The notes below the pieces were generated by a model. That model ran no database searches, had not been told where the DNA came from, and saw only the letters and a program-made list of their open reading frames with translations. The position numbers and the translations under genes are program-made. Source: Chitinivibrionales bacterium (lineage in GTDB: Bacteria > Fibrobacterota > Chitinivibrionia > Chitinivibrionales > WJKA01). From it: a DNA stretch of 64,000 nt. The stretch is from the NCBI GenBank assembly GCA_038247415.1, contig JBBRUX010000021.1, positions 1 through 64,000 of the forward strand, written 5' to 3'. This document shows positions 1 to 10,779 of the stretch, piece after piece. Position 1 is the stretch's first letter. Each line of letters starts with the position of its first letter.

Positions 1-150
1 ACTTCGCCAAAATATGCCTTAACAACTGATAAGCAAGGATCGTGATAAACACATGCCCATCAACACGTTTTTCCTTCTGATGAAAATTTGGTCGTAACCC
101 CAAAGTTCCTTTTAATGTACGAAAACCATTTTCCGCCGTAGACAAATTGA
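1..150 (-). mobile_element. IS1634/IS4-superfamily DDE transposase, C-terminal fragment (runs off the window edge)
   Basis: Manual minus-strand translation gives AENGFRTLKGTLGLRPNFHQKEKRVDGHVFITILAYQLLRHILAK, matching the E-x2-FR-x-LK-x2-LGLRP-x-FH...RV-x-GH-x-FI-x2-LAY signature. The in-frame sequence upstream does not look like transposase, so the gene is truncated. Not in the ORF track. Confidence 0.75.
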
Positions 151-240
151 ATATACAACTTGCTATTCTCGGAACAAAATGAGCGCAATTTTTACGGTAC
201 AGCCTTTGGAGGGCATCATTTCCGAAGCTTTTAGCCAACC

Positions 241-426
241 TCATAATTGAGCGAGGAAGCACTTTTTTATAGCGTAAATACGCCGCCCGCCCAAAAAATA
301 TTCTTTCTTGATATTTCCAGGATTGTTTCTGCCCGCCGGTGGCTTAAATCCACCTCCTCTGCCACGGGTTTGCCGCGGTACATCTCCTTGGAAAATGGGC
401 AAAGGCAGATGCTCGTATTGGTTCAT
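241..426 (-). pseudogene. Probable N-terminal stub of an S8 peptidase partnered with an AAA ATPase
   Basis: MNQYEHLPLP...RQTRGRGGGFKPPAGRN resembles the N-termini of S8 proteases encoded after AAA ATPases. Its start overlaps the AAA fragment stop (423-426). It ends after 61 aa with no catalytic domain. Confidence 0.45.
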
Positions 427-683
427 TTAGAATCTCCCATTGCCGTCGTGCGGACACTTTCGCGCTTATTGAAGGTATCTATTGCACTAAGCAGTGCACC
501 TTGCGAAACGGTATTGAGCGAACGAATTATCACCTGCTTCAATGCTTCTTCACAAATCATTCTAATATCTGAAGGGGAAAGTCCACCTGTCTTTTCCGCA
601 AGTTGCATTATATTAATATCGTTATCCCGCTTTAGTGGCTTAATGTAGCGATTAAAAAGCTTGTCCGCTATGCTTGGTTTCAA
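423..683 (-). pseudogene. AAA+ ATPase C-terminal lid fragment
   Basis: LAEKTGGLSPSDIRMICEEALKQ is a typical AAA lid motif. Walker A and B are absent, so the gene is 5'-truncated. Confidence 0.65.
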
Positions 684-685
684 TC

Positions 686-824
686 ACTTTTTCCTCGTCC
701 TGGTACGCTCCATCGCACCTTGCCGTAGGCCAGAGCCACCAATTATTAGAGCGCCAGCGTCTGGTTTAGCGATTAAATAATTCTGAAACTTACTGTATTC
801 GTCATCGGGTAAGACCGATAGCAT
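686..824 (-). pseudogene. RelE/HigB-like toxin fragment, frameshifted
   Basis: LPDDEYSKFQNYLIAKPDAGALIIGGSGLR; removing one base near 723 continues as KVRWSVPGRGKS, restoring the G-x2-I-x-G-x2-GLRKVRW...GRGKS motif. Confidence 0.7.
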
Positions 825-1250
825 ACCAAAACATCCCTTAAACGGAACCAAGTCAGGTGGCTGTTTTGTTTCCCATAGCATACCCGAAATTGGGGTGCAT
901 GCGGTCATAGTGGCCATATGCGTACCTGTTTAGGGGTGCTATCGGTAAATGACGATTTTTAGGACATCAATCGGACTCCGTGTGGAGCGCCTTGCCTCGG
1001 CGTTCATCCAATTGCTTTTCACCGATCAGATCATCCGCATGGATTACCCTCTCCTTCGTAAGCGTTAGCTAATCACTTAATAATTTATGCCCGCTTCATA
1101 CAAATATTTTCTGCCGCTCTGAAATGACAACAACGCTCGCTAATACTTGCCTTGGGTACACAAAAATCCAATTTCGACGCAGAGTCTCTATAAACTATAT
1201 TTAACCATTCTAATCAAACCTCTTCTCCTTACCAAATTCAGGAAATTTTA

Positions 1251-2657
1251 ATGACACTCTTAATTACCCTCCTCACAAGCGTTGGCTTTTTACTTACGGG
1301 AATTCTCGGGACATTTATTTTTTTATCCCGTCGGCAATCTAATATGCCTCAGCTTGTTGAGAGATTAGCAGCACGAGATGCAACTATTTATGAATTGACA
1401 AGCAAGATCGAAAAAAGTGAGGTTCTCATTTCAGGTCAAAACGATCTGGTGTCCACACTCAAGACTTCGCAGGGAAAGCTTGAGAGCGATCTGGAGAACG
1501 AAAAGAAAAACTCTCTCGAAAAGCTGGCTCTTTTGGAACAGGCGCGCAAACAACTCTCCGATGCTTTTTCGGCCCTCTCTTCAGATGCCCTTAAAAGCAA
1601 TAATCAGGCTTTTCTGGAACTCGCCAAAACTACTTTGCAAAATTATCAGGATGCAGCTAAAACCGATTTAGAAAAAAAACAGGAAGCTATTACTCAGCTC
1701 TTTACACCCGTTAAAGAATCTATGGTCAAATTTGACGAAATGCTTCAGAAAATGGAGAATACTCGCGTTGGTGCCTACGAAGGCCTCACGCAACAGGTTC
1801 GTTCTCTTTTAGAAACACAAGTTCAGCTGAAATCGGAGACTTCTAATCTTGTTAAGGCACTCGGTACTCCCCGCATTCGCGGCAGATGGGGAGAAATCCA
1901 ACTCAAACGCGTTGTGGAAATGGCGGGAATGCTTGACCATTGCGATTTTTATGAGCAACAGAGTGTTACCACGGAAGATGGCCGGCTTAGACCCGACTTG
2001 CTAGTGCGTTTACCTGGAGGCAAAAATATCGTTGTAGATGCCAAAGCCCCTTTGGCTGGATACCTTGAAGCTATTGAGGCACCCGATGAAACTATTCGTA
2101 CTGCAAAGCTTGCCGACCATGCACGACACATTCGGGATCATATTGGCGATTTATCAAGGAAGTCGTATTGGGATCAGTTTCAGCCGGCGCCCGAATTTGT
2201 GCTGCTCTTTCTTCCTGGGGAATCGTTTTTTTCGGCCGCCCTCGAACAGGACCCTTCACTTATAGAATTGGGCGTTCACCAGCGTGTTATTCTTGCAACC
2301 CCCACAACCCTTATTGCACTTTTAAAGGCCGTATCCTATGGATGGCGACAAGAGACTATCGCAGAAAATGCACAGCATATTAGTAATCTTGGCAAAGAAC
2401 TTTACAAAAGAATTGCCGATATGAGCAGTCATTTTTCTGATGTGGGCAGGGCATTATCGCGTTCGGTAGAAAGCTATAACAAAGTTGTCGGATCATTAGA
2501 AACCCGCGTACTTGTTACGGCCCGTAAATTTACAGAGCTTGCATCAACCGGTACCGAAAAAGAAATTGCAGAGATTTCCCCTATCGACCATGTAACACGG
2601 GATGTTGCTGCGCCCGAAGCAGCACTCGGTTTTAATGAAGAAGCTAATCCCGATTAA
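1251..2657 (+). CDS. rmuC: DNA recombination protein RmuC
   Basis: N-terminal TM helix, coiled coil, [37 protein letters not shown] and [10 protein letters not shown] motifs. Confidence 0.95.
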   Translation: MTLLITLLTSVGFLLTGILGTFIFLSRRQSNMPQLVERLAARDATIYELTSKIEKSEVLISGQNDLVSTLKTSQGKLESDLENEKKNSLEKLALLEQARKQLSDAFSALSSDALKSNNQAFLELAKTTLQNYQDAAKTDLEKKQEAITQLFTPVKESMVKFDEMLQKMENTRVGAYEGLTQQVRSLLETQVQLKSETSNLVKALGTPRIRGRWGEIQLKRVVEMAGMLDHCDFYEQQSVTTEDGRLRPDLLVRLPGGKNIVVDAKAPLAGYLEAIEAPDETIRTAKLADHARHIRDHIGDLSRKSYWDQFQPAPEFVLLFLPGESFFSAALEQDPSLIELGVHQRVILATPTTLIALLKAVSYGWRQETIAENAQHISNLGKELYKRIADMSSHFSDVGRALSRSVESYNKVVGSLETRVLVTARKFTELASTGTEKEIAEISPIDHVTRDVAAPEAALGFNEEANPD

Positions 2658-4435
2658 TCTTGAAGCGAAACCTTAACAAGCCCGCGCACAGAATTGCCAC
2701 AAAACACGGCATCTGCGCTTCTAAGATCTTCTAGGGTTAGTGTTTGTTGTATACATTTTTTGCGTAGTAGTAATTGTTTACGAAAAACCCCCGCGAGCAG
2801 ACCATCTTCAACCGGTGGAGTTATTAACACCCCGTTTTTTTGGATAAAAATATTGGACCGAGCCCCTTCGGTTACATGGCCTACGGTATTAACAAAGCAC
2901 ACATCAAAGCATTCTGATCTTTTTATTTTTTGCAAAGCCTCTTCATACCACGGCTTATACGTTGTTTTATGATACAGCGTTGGCTGTGCATGGTTTATGG
3001 GTTGTTTATTGATTGTGAGAATGGAAGATGCTTGAGCCTGTTCTAGCCCAAACGATTCCATGGTTATAGCACCTTCTTTATCGATAAGCATCCGAACCCT
3101 TAATACCGCACCTTCTTTTTGACTATTTGCAAAACAATGCAGTGCCTCTATTACCGTTTGTCGAGAAATGTGAAACGAGAAAAATGTGGCCGAAGATACA
3201 AGTCGGGCGATATGATCTTTCAGGTATAAAAATGTGTTGCGTTCAAATCTGAACGTTTCGACAAGTGAGAAGATGGGCAGTTCATGTGAAAGATACGCAA
3301 GCTTTGTCTGACACTCCTGCCACTCTTCTGAAGGATTTGAATCTGCAACAATCCCGCTGCCCACCGGGGCATGATAAAAGCTTTCGTGGGAGTACTTATA
3401 CAGCGTGCGAATCGGAACAGAAAAAACAGAACTACTCATAGCAGGAGCTCCATAGCCAATAGCCCCACAGTAAACACCACGAACATGTGATTCTAGCTCT
3501 TTTATAATTTCCATGGCTCTTATTTTTGGAGCCCCCGTTACCGAACCACACGGAAAGAGGGCGTTCATGATGCTTGCAAGTTTAGGCAATCCCGTTAATC
3601 GTCCCTGTATTGCAGAGGTCATTTGATGCACCGTTGGGTGCGTTTCCACATCAAAAAGCGACGAAACACGAATCGACCCAATGTCGCAAATCCGCCCCAG
3701 ATCATTTCGCAAAAGGTCAACAATCATGAGGTTTTCTGCTTTATTTTTTTCCGATGTAGCAAGCTCTTGTTTGATCTTCCTATCGGACGCTTGATACATT
3801 CCCCGCTTTGAAGTCCCTTTCATGGGCTTGACACGGATAGTATTGGATCGTGTCTCAAAAAAAAGCTCTGGAGAACAAGACACAATAGAACATTCTGATG
3901 TTTGGATTACCGCCCCATACCGCGTGGGTTGTTTTTCTCTCAGGTATGCATAAAGAATAAGAGGTTCTTGTAAACAGTTTATTGTTACATCGGTCGTTAA
4001 ATTTACTTGATAAGATTCGCCATTGCGGATATAGTCTAAAATTGCAGCCACCGATTGCTGGTAAGCTTTTTCATCGGTGCAATATCTAGGGATCAAACGA
4101 TCTATTTCAGTCATTTGATGTGCCTGGGCGCCTAAGAGCGTTTCTAAGGTAATAACTTCTGGCTCATTAAAAACACCAAACCAGCAGCAGTCGGTACCGG
4201 TAGACGATTGGTAATCAGCTGCAAAACGAGGCTCCAAAGCATACCCCGATTCATAGCTCATGTAGCCTGCTACATAATATCCCGAAGCGGTGTAGCCATC
4301 GCATTCGGCTAAAATGGCTTCTACCTGAGAATTCTTCTTGGTGGAAAGGATACATACTGGGTTAGAAAACAAGAGCGATGGAGCAGATGGATCTGAGGCA
4401 GGATCGAGGAATACAAATGGCGTAGAAGGATTCAT
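2654..4435 (-). CDS. pabB: Aminodeoxychorismate synthase component I fused to class IV aminotransferase/ADC lyase (PabB-PabC fusion)
   Basis: Chorismate-binding motifs [43 protein letters not shown]-terminal HKTT, TEGARSN and GLLAGVFR fit the PabC fold. Confidence 0.92.
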   Translation of the reverse strand: MNPSTPFVFLDPASDPSAPSLLFSNPVCILSTKKNSQVEAILAECDGYTASGYYVAGYMSYESGYALEPRFAADYQSSTGTDCCWFGVFNEPEVITLETLLGAQAHQMTEIDRLIPRYCTDEKAYQQSVAAILDYIRNGESYQVNLTTDVTINCLQEPLILYAYLREKQPTRYGAVIQTSECSIVSCSPELFFETRSNTIRVKPMKGTSKRGMYQASDRKIKQELATSEKNKAENLMIVDLLRNDLGRICDIGSIRVSSLFDVETHPTVHQMTSAIQGRLTGLPKLASIMNALFPCGSVTGAPKIRAMEIIKELESHVRGVYCGAIGYGAPAMSSSVFSVPIRTLYKYSHESFYHAPVGSGIVADSNPSEEWQECQTKLAYLSHELPIFSLVETFRFERNTFLYLKDHIARLVSSATFFSFHISRQTVIEALHCFANSQKEGAVLRVRMLIDKEGAITMESFGLEQAQASSILTINKQPINHAQPTLYHKTTYKPWYEEALQKIKRSECFDVCFVNTVGHVTEGARSNIFIQKNGVLITPPVEDGLLAGVFRKQLLLRKKCIQQTLTLEDLRSADAVFCGNSVRGLVKVSLQD

Positions 4436-4443
4436 GATTTTAG

Positions 4444-4758
4444 TTACAAAGAAAGCCCTTCAACATCATTAACAAGCGTAAATATGGTATCGAGCTTAAC
4501 AGATGCAATCATACCCGAAAAATAGGTATCGGGCTTATAGAGGAGCAAAGCCATGTTTTTTTCTAACGTGACCCGGTGAATCGAGAGGAGCATACGGATT
4601 CCGGATGAATCACAAATTTTCACCGATTCCATATCAAGAACAACCCTTTTAACACAGGGGTCGTTAAGTCCCTCTAGTATCCGTGCGCGTTGAAAATCTG
4701 CATTAACTATAGTAATGCTTTCACTGCAGCGGTAGACAAATGTGTCTAGAATCATCAT
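4444..4758 (-). CDS. STAS domain protein (anti-sigma factor antagonist-like)
   Basis: VVLDMESVKICDSSGIRMLL contains the DSSG phosphoacceptor motif. Start moved to ATG 4758. Confidence 0.85.
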   Translation of the reverse strand: MMILDTFVYRCSESITIVNADFQRARILEGLNDPCVKRVVLDMESVKICDSSGIRMLLSIHRVTLEKNMALLLYKPDTYFSGMIASVKLDTIFTLVNDVEGLSL

Positions 4759-4821
4759 ACGAGCGCTCCAGCGAAGCTGCAAAAACCAAGACGCTGGCAT
4801 ACAGCCAGCGTCTGATAGCAC

Positions 4822-7800
4822 TCAGTATACATCGAGAAAAACTTCGCCAATAATTCCCGCTGGCCTTCCGCTCATGCGCATGATATTATCGATCGTATTG
4901 GACACCCGGATAACGAGTTCGTTACGCTTTGTATCACACGAGTCGGTAATGTCAAATTGACACGGAGCGCACAACGACGAGCCAAGCGCCTGGCCATTAA
5001 GAAGAACATCGACTGCACCCGAAACATGCGATATATTGAGCACAAGCCGAGTATAATCGGAAGGAACTTCGATAACCTGATGATATTCTCCAACACCGCT
5101 TAAATGTGGAAAACCGTATTTAGTCCAGGAATCGTATCCTGCAATTTGGCTGTGTGCACCCACAACCCATCCTTTTGAGCCTTTCTCTACCGCAAAGTCA
5201 CCTGCAACATACATTGGATATACAATTGTTGGTGGATTATCGGTGATACCAACCGTACGCACGGCAACGCGATTAAATCCTTTGTTAAGGAGGCCGTTAC
5301 ACGCGCCAATAAAAGACTGCGCCATATAAGGAGATGCGGCTGCCATGAGCGCAATTGCGGGATCGGTTCCCATGATAGCTGAAAGGGGAGTGTGCTCGAG
5401 CTTGTTTCCATTAATGGATATTTCGAGCATCTTTTTAGAGTGCTCGTTTGTAAGTTGACTATTAGAGAGAACATTTCCCAGCACAACAAACGCATGCGCT
5501 GGTATATCTTTTACTTCGAAATACGATTCGTAATAGTGTGAATAGCCGCCCGATTCACGCGAAATGCCAATTCGAGTATTCCAGCCGGCCAAAGGCAGTG
5601 CATTAAAACTCTTGGGTGTAAACTTCCATTGATTGCGCAGTACCAGACGATAATTTCGCGCTCCAATTTCGAAAACCGCCGGCTGCAATTCAACGTTGTC
5701 TGTGTCTAAAGATGAAACGTACTTCTTTTCGGTTCCAATTATCACCGCAGTTTGTTGTGGAACAAAGTTCATCAAAATACCTACAGATTCTTCTATAGCT
5801 TCTACATTGACAAGTTCGGTGATTTCTCCTGTCATGGCAGAGACAAGATACCAATGAGCGTGTGGCGGCATTTCCAAAAGAACTGAGTGTTCTTGTGACT
5901 CGGATGTATTATGAAACATGAATACCGTATGTCCGGGAGCGTACATCTGAGAGGAAATAATATCAGCGCAGCGCTTTCCGTGTGTTGTCGCATTGACTAG
6001 AGGAGCTCCTAATCGAGCAAGTGCTATTCCTGCTTCCATAGCATCTACGACCAAAACCGACGGAACTTTTCCTTTAAGCAGCTTTTCTACGCGAGTTGTA
6101 AAAGCAGCACTAATACCATCATCCTGATTCCCGACAGGAGCCGTATCAATAAAAATGACGGGCGACTTTTTAACTGCCATTTTCTCTATTTGTACAAAGG
6201 CACTTCTGTCGATCATGCGAGAATAGGGAACAATCAATGCTCGGTATCCATTTTTACGTGTTTTATCGGTTCCAATTAGCTCGCCAGTTGGTTTTAGGGT
6301 CATTGACCCAAGGCGACTCTCGGAAATAACATCATATTCAAAGCCCGCTTCACCGATGCGCTCGAGCGTTTCTCGCATTTGTACACAGGTCGATTTAACC
6401 ACTTCGTTGTGATACGGAGTAAAATCGGTTGCAACTGACGATGCGGGGCTTAGGACTGCAATATCACGCGTTCCATGTGTTCCAACCACAAGCTCTTGCA
6501 TACGGCCTACATATTCGCATAATTGCTTCATGCGAGAAGCTTCAACAGAGTACCAGAAAGGAGCATAGCCCGTTTTAAGTTGGCTTCGGTGATCGATTGC
6601 AGAATAAAATCCATCGATGATAATGATAGATTCTCCCGCAAGGGTAATCAGATCGATTTCTTGCTTGAGAGACTGTAACGATTGAGCAGCACCTGTTTTA
6701 TTGCGGCCAATTACCGATACGGTAGTTCGCTTATATTCAACAGCGTTCTGATCTGCCATGGTCCGTATCGCACACAAATTTTCGAAGGTGCCTTCTTGAT
6801 TCTGAACACCAACGCAAGCGAGTGGCACCTGAGGAACAATAAAAGAGTCGCGGAGGCATGACACACTGCCGGTAATTGACTTTTCTGGAACTAATACCCA
6901 CTGACTCATTTTGTACTTTTTAGCCCACGTCTCAAGTGTCAAGGCTGTTCGTTCGAACATCGACTGAATCATGAACGAATAAACGTGTGCGCGAACTTTA
7001 ATGCTTTGAGAATCGGCATCACAAAAAAGAATTGGCAATGTCTTAAGGAGTTCCTTTTTGTATTTAGACCGATATTTAATAACGAGATCATCGTCCCAGG
7101 GAATAGAATTATCGCCAGGAAGTGTTGCCGGTAGTTCGGTAATAAAACCTTCCAAAACAGTGCCGATGTATTTAGGAAATCGCTCGTTGAAAACTTCGAG
7201 GACGCTATTGATATACACTTGCGGAGATTCAACATTAAAAGGATTCATGAGATAATTGCCAAGTGGATCGAGAATATATTCTCGTTTGAGAACAATTATC
7301 CTATAGGTGCTGCCCGTTGGAGCCTTAAAGGAATAATGAGACTTGGCAGCAGTAAAAGGAATCTCTCGAATGTCCGATGAATCGATACGATCATTTTTGC
7401 TTTTAGAAGCGAATGCGAACGTATTGCCATCTTTTTCGATCGGATAATCGAACGTTTCGCCCGAATTGAGAATCTGATTGTGGATGACTACCAATTTTTG
7501 AGCTCTGATTGTTGCATTTCGCTTGGTAGGTTCTTTAAAAACCTCATTTTGTGGAAATGAAAAATCATCGGCTAGACGAATGCCAAGACCAGCTTCCTTA
7601 GCCTGTTCCAAAATATGCCCAAACAAAACCAAGAACTCTTCGGAGAGATATGCGGGAACAAGATCTCGTCCTGCGCGTATCGCTACGCCAGCAAAGCCAC
7701 TTTCAACAAAAAATTTAAACTGATCATTGAGCTGTGTTTGAGTAATTGATTGATTCCAGATCCAAATGGCCCATGGTCTGGTACCTTGAGAGGGCTTCTG

Positions 7801-7824
7801 CAGAGATGCTTTCAGATCTTTCAA
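4822..7824 (-). CDS. Large glycoside hydrolase-like protein (GH106/alpha-rhamnosidase-like architecture with C-terminal GH2-type sugar-binding domain)
   Basis: PWAIWIWN...SGFAGVAI...YLSEEF N-terminus, GFEYDVISE, SWTKYGFPHLSGVGEY and NELVIRVSNT...GIIGEV C-terminus. No signal peptide. Confidence 0.65.
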   Translation of the reverse strand: MKDLKASLQKPSQGTRPWAIWIWNQSITQTQLNDQFKFFVESGFAGVAIRAGRDLVPAYLSEEFLVLFGHILEQAKEAGLGIRLADDFSFPQNEVFKEPTKRNATIRAQKLVVIHNQILNSGETFDYPIEKDGNTFAFASKSKNDRIDSSDIREIPFTAAKSHYSFKAPTGSTYRIIVLKREYILDPLGNYLMNPFNVESPQVYINSVLEVFNERFPKYIGTVLEGFITELPATLPGDNSIPWDDDLVIKYRSKYKKELLKTLPILFCDADSQSIKVRAHVYSFMIQSMFERTALTLETWAKKYKMSQWVLVPEKSITGSVSCLRDSFIVPQVPLACVGVQNQEGTFENLCAIRTMADQNAVEYKRTTVSVIGRNKTGAAQSLQSLKQEIDLITLAGESIIIIDGFYSAIDHRSQLKTGYAPFWYSVEASRMKQLCEYVGRMQELVVGTHGTRDIAVLSPASSVATDFTPYHNEVVKSTCVQMRETLERIGEAGFEYDVISESRLGSMTLKPTGELIGTDKTRKNGYRALIVPYSRMIDRSAFVQIEKMAVKKSPVIFIDTAPVGNQDDGISAAFTTRVEKLLKGKVPSVLVVDAMEAGIALARLGAPLVNATTHGKRCADIISSQMYAPGHTVFMFHNTSESQEHSVLLEMPPHAHWYLVSAMTGEITELVNVEAIEESVGILMNFVPQQTAVIIGTEKKYVSSLDTDNVELQPAVFEIGARNYRLVLRNQWKFTPKSFNALPLAGWNTRIGISRESGGYSHYYESYFEVKDIPAHAFVVLGNVLSNSQLTNEHSKKMLEISINGNKLEHTPLSAIMGTDPAIALMAAASPYMAQSFIGACNGLLNKGFNRVAVRTVGITDNPPTIVYPMYVAGDFAVEKGSKGWVVGAHSQIAGYDSWTKYGFPHLSGVGEYHQVIEVPSDYTRLVLNISHVSGAVDVLLNGQALGSSLCAPCQFDITDSCDTKRNELVIRVSNTIDNIMRMSGRPAGIIGEVFLDVY

Positions 7825-8235
7825 AATCCTGCTCCGGGATAAAGTTTAGCGATACTATAGTAAAACAATTTATTCGTTTAACATATACTATATATATAAG
7901 AGTACAAATTCAAACTATATTGAGCCAGATTTCTTGTCAAGCATATTTTTTTGAGCATGGCTCCTGACTTACATCGTAAGTTATTGAATTAAAAAGAAAT
8001 ACATAGTTTACTGAAATGTGAATATTAATTACAAATTGTTCTTTTAAAGCACCACCCACTCGATAAACAACCCATTTTAGCCCTATTCAAGAAATTTTTT
8101 AGCTACCTTCATTTCGTAAAAATTCACCCCTTAAATACATTTTTTTAAAAAAGTATTCACCCTGAAAGGCCAAACTGATATACTTTAATAAACTTGACTA
8201 CCTCTGTATCCACATCCAACCTTGAAAAGGTGTTT

Positions 8236-8631
8236 ATGAAAAAGCATATTGAACTCTTGGCCATTCTTCATATCACCCTGGGGAGTTTAACACTCATTGG
8301 CGGGATCCTTCTGATTTCCATTCTTCTGGGAACCGGATACCTTGCTTCAACCCTTAGCGGCGAACCATCGGTTGCATTCATTGTACGTTGCATTGCGATA
8401 GGGCTTTCCATCTTTGCCTTTATTATTGGGGCCCCCATACTCATTGCAGGAATAGGCCTTTTAAAACTCAAATCGTGGGCACGCGTCCTTTCGCTTATCT
8501 TGGCATTCATCGATATCATAAACTTTCCCTTTGGAACGCTCGTTTCGATTTATACTTTTTGGGTACTTTTAAAAACAGAATCGACAAGCCTCTTTGGAAT
8601 GTCAATTACAGGTATTGACATACGCGATTAG
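8236..8631 (+). CDS. Small integral membrane protein
   Basis: Three to four hydrophobic helices; GIGLLKLKSWAR and FPFGT motifs; ATG 8236 follows AAGGTG. Confidence 0.75.
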   Translation: MKKHIELLAILHITLGSLTLIGGILLISILLGTGYLASTLSGEPSVAFIVRCIAIGLSIFAFIIGAPILIAGIGLLKLKSWARVLSLILAFIDIINFPFGTLVSIYTFWVLLKTESTSLFGMSITGIDIRD

Positions 8632-8667
8632 GCATGACCATTTCACCGCTGGGTACCGGTAAAGCGT

Positions 8668-9816
8668 ATGCTCTGTATAGGATTTCTTAACCAAAGCCAT
8701 CTTGTTCAGCGCGAATGCATTGCTGCACTTTCGCGGGTACCACACATTCGCCTTGTTGTTATAGATATTGTCGAAAACCCTTCGCTGCTCCAGATTCAAA
8801 CACTTACCGAACAGCTTGCCAAACAGTCCGTTACGTGCCTTTTTACCATTAACGAATGGGGATTAGACACCCAACAAGCATTAAGCACCTACTGTACAGT
8901 CAAGGATATTGTTCATATCAACTGGTTTGTTGATGATCCATTTTTTTTGGAGACCATGTATGCTATCCCCCTTACACCCTCTCACAATCGCATCGATTTT
9001 GTATCTGATCGCGGGTATGTGCAAAAGCTTAGAGAACGAGGGTTTTCTGCCCACTTTTTACCCCTAGCAACCGATCCGGCTCTATTTACTCCTCGAAATC
9101 AATCTGAGCGCTATCAGCACAGGATCTGCTTTGTCGGCAATAGCTACAAAGAAGAATTCGATGGATTTTTGACTACGCTCAACATTGACCTAGAACCCTA
9201 TATTAGCGGCATTAAAAAAATTCTTGATACCTATAGCACCAACACGCACCTATCGCTTGACCAGGCCATTGAGACCATGCTTACGCACTACCCCACGCTC
9301 TCTTTTGTGCAGCACTCGCAAACAATCTTTCTTAGTAAATTTTTTATTGGCTACATGTTCCGCAAACAGCTTATTACAAATTTGTGTACACACTACCCCG
9401 ACTGCATGGTATTTGGCGATGCTTTGTGGACAGAAATAATTCCACGGCATCAAGTGTCAACGGCCGTTGGCTATTATATCAATTTATGTCAAACCTATCA
9501 ATCGACTGCCATCAACATCGATATAAATCGTACGGTCATTCGCGATGGATTTACACAAAGGATATTCGACTGTTCGGCATGTGGTTCCGCAATCATAACA
9601 AGCAGCAAGCCCTGTGTTGAGGAATTCTTTGAGACATCGGGTCCTTCTCAAGATATGGTGATGTTCACCGATGCCGAATCATTTATGGATCTTACCCGGT
9701 ACTATCTCGCTCACGAAAAAGAGCGACAAACTATTGCATTACGAGCGCAAAAAAAAGTATGTTCTCTTCATACGTATGACCATCGAATAAACTCTCTTAT
9801 GCAGGCACTTTTGTAA
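8668..9816 (+). CDS. CgeB-like glycosyltransferase (GT-B fold)
   Basis: NWFVDDP, HFLPLATDP, ICFVGN, QRIFDCSACG and HTYDHRI motifs. Confidence 0.85.
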   Translation: MLCIGFLNQSHLVQRECIAALSRVPHIRLVVIDIVENPSLLQIQTLTEQLAKQSVTCLFTINEWGLDTQQALSTYCTVKDIVHINWFVDDPFFLETMYAIPLTPSHNRIDFVSDRGYVQKLRERGFSAHFLPLATDPALFTPRNQSERYQHRICFVGNSYKEEFDGFLTTLNIDLEPYISGIKKILDTYSTNTHLSLDQAIETMLTHYPTLSFVQHSQTIFLSKFFIGYMFRKQLITNLCTHYPDCMVFGDALWTEIIPRHQVSTAVGYYINLCQTYQSTAINIDINRTVIRDGFTQRIFDCSACGSAIITSSKPCVEEFFETSGPSQDMVMFTDAESFMDLTRYYLAHEKERQTIALRAQKKVCSLHTYDHRINSLMQALL

Positions 9817-9825
9817 GGATAGGCT

Positions 9826-10770
9826 ATGAATGCTCTGGAACTTGTTTCTGTTACCAAAATTATGCAAAAGCATTTTTGGACACCCAAATTTATTGCTGTT
9901 GATGCACTCTCCTTTACCGTTGCGCAGGGAGGTATTGTTGGCTTTGTGGGGCCAAATGGTGCCGGCAAAACCACATCTATAAAAATGCTTCTGGGTCTTT
10001 TAGCGCCCACGAAAGGATCGCTCTATATTAATGGAGTGTCCGCACATGTCCCTGCAAGCCGCAAAAAAGTTGCATTTATAGCAGAACAACCATACCTTTA
10101 CGCACACTTAAGTGCTCGCGAATCACTGATACTCTCGGCAAATCTACTGGGTATTTTTGGTGAGGAAGCAACCACGGCGGTTGTTGCAGCACTTGAACGT
10201 GTAGACCTTGCTAGTGCAACCAATAAACCAGTTAAGGAGCTTTCTAAAGGAATGCAGCAACGGCTTTCTATGGCATCGGCGCTTTTAGGAAACCCCGACA
10301 TTTTTATTTTCGACGAACCTATGAGTGGCTTGGATCCACTGGGGCGAACACTCTTTCGTTCTCTCTTTTTAGATCTTGCAAGCACGGGTAAAACCATTTT
10401 CTTTTCGACCCATATCCTAGACGATATCGAACAGCTTTGCCAAAGCATTGTGGTTATCTCTCACGGTAAACTCATGTACAATGGCCCTATGAAACCAATT
10501 CTAGAATTAGGGTTTGCCGGCACCGACATTCATGTGCCGCTCTTGGCCGACGCTTTAGCAACCAAACTTTTTGAAATGGGATTTACCCTCACACAATCGG
10601 GGGCGCACGATCATATCCTTTTTGTTCCTAAAAATCTTGATCCCACTCATGCTCAAAAAATTCTTTATGACAATGGCATTTTCATCACATCTATACAACG
10701 GCGAATGACTTCTCTCGAGGATTTGCTCTATCGCTCGCCTCAATCTCTTGCATCGATTTTCGTTAGCTAG
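9826..10770 (+). CDS. ABC transporter ATP-binding protein (PilH/XapD-like)
   Basis: Walker A GPNGAGKTT, signature LSKGMQQR, Walker B FIFDEPMSGLDP, H-loop STH. Confidence 0.93.
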   Translation: MNALELVSVTKIMQKHFWTPKFIAVDALSFTVAQGGIVGFVGPNGAGKTTSIKMLLGLLAPTKGSLYINGVSAHVPASRKKVAFIAEQPYLYAHLSARESLILSANLLGIFGEEATTAVVAALERVDLASATNKPVKELSKGMQQRLSMASALLGNPDIFIFDEPMSGLDPLGRTLFRSLFLDLASTGKTIFFSTHILDDIEQLCQSIVVISHGKLMYNGPMKPILELGFAGTDIHVPLLADALATKLFEMGFTLTQSGAHDHILFVPKNLDPTHAQKILYDNGIFITSIQRRMTSLEDLLYRSPQSLASIFVS

Positions 10771-10779
10771 GAGGAATAT

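Noticed and set aside
247..648. 133-aa plus-strand ORF
   Set aside because: Antisense shadow of the AAA and S8-like fragments, with no recognisable motif.
850..930. Minus-strand HYDRMHPNFGYAMGNKTA, faintly like an integrase-core C-terminus
   Set aside because: Too short and divergent to support a call.
7966..8002. ACTTAC-ATC-GTAAGT palindrome in an AT-rich intergenic region
   Set aside because: Short and AT-rich, with no second copy or adjacent recombinase to give it meaning.
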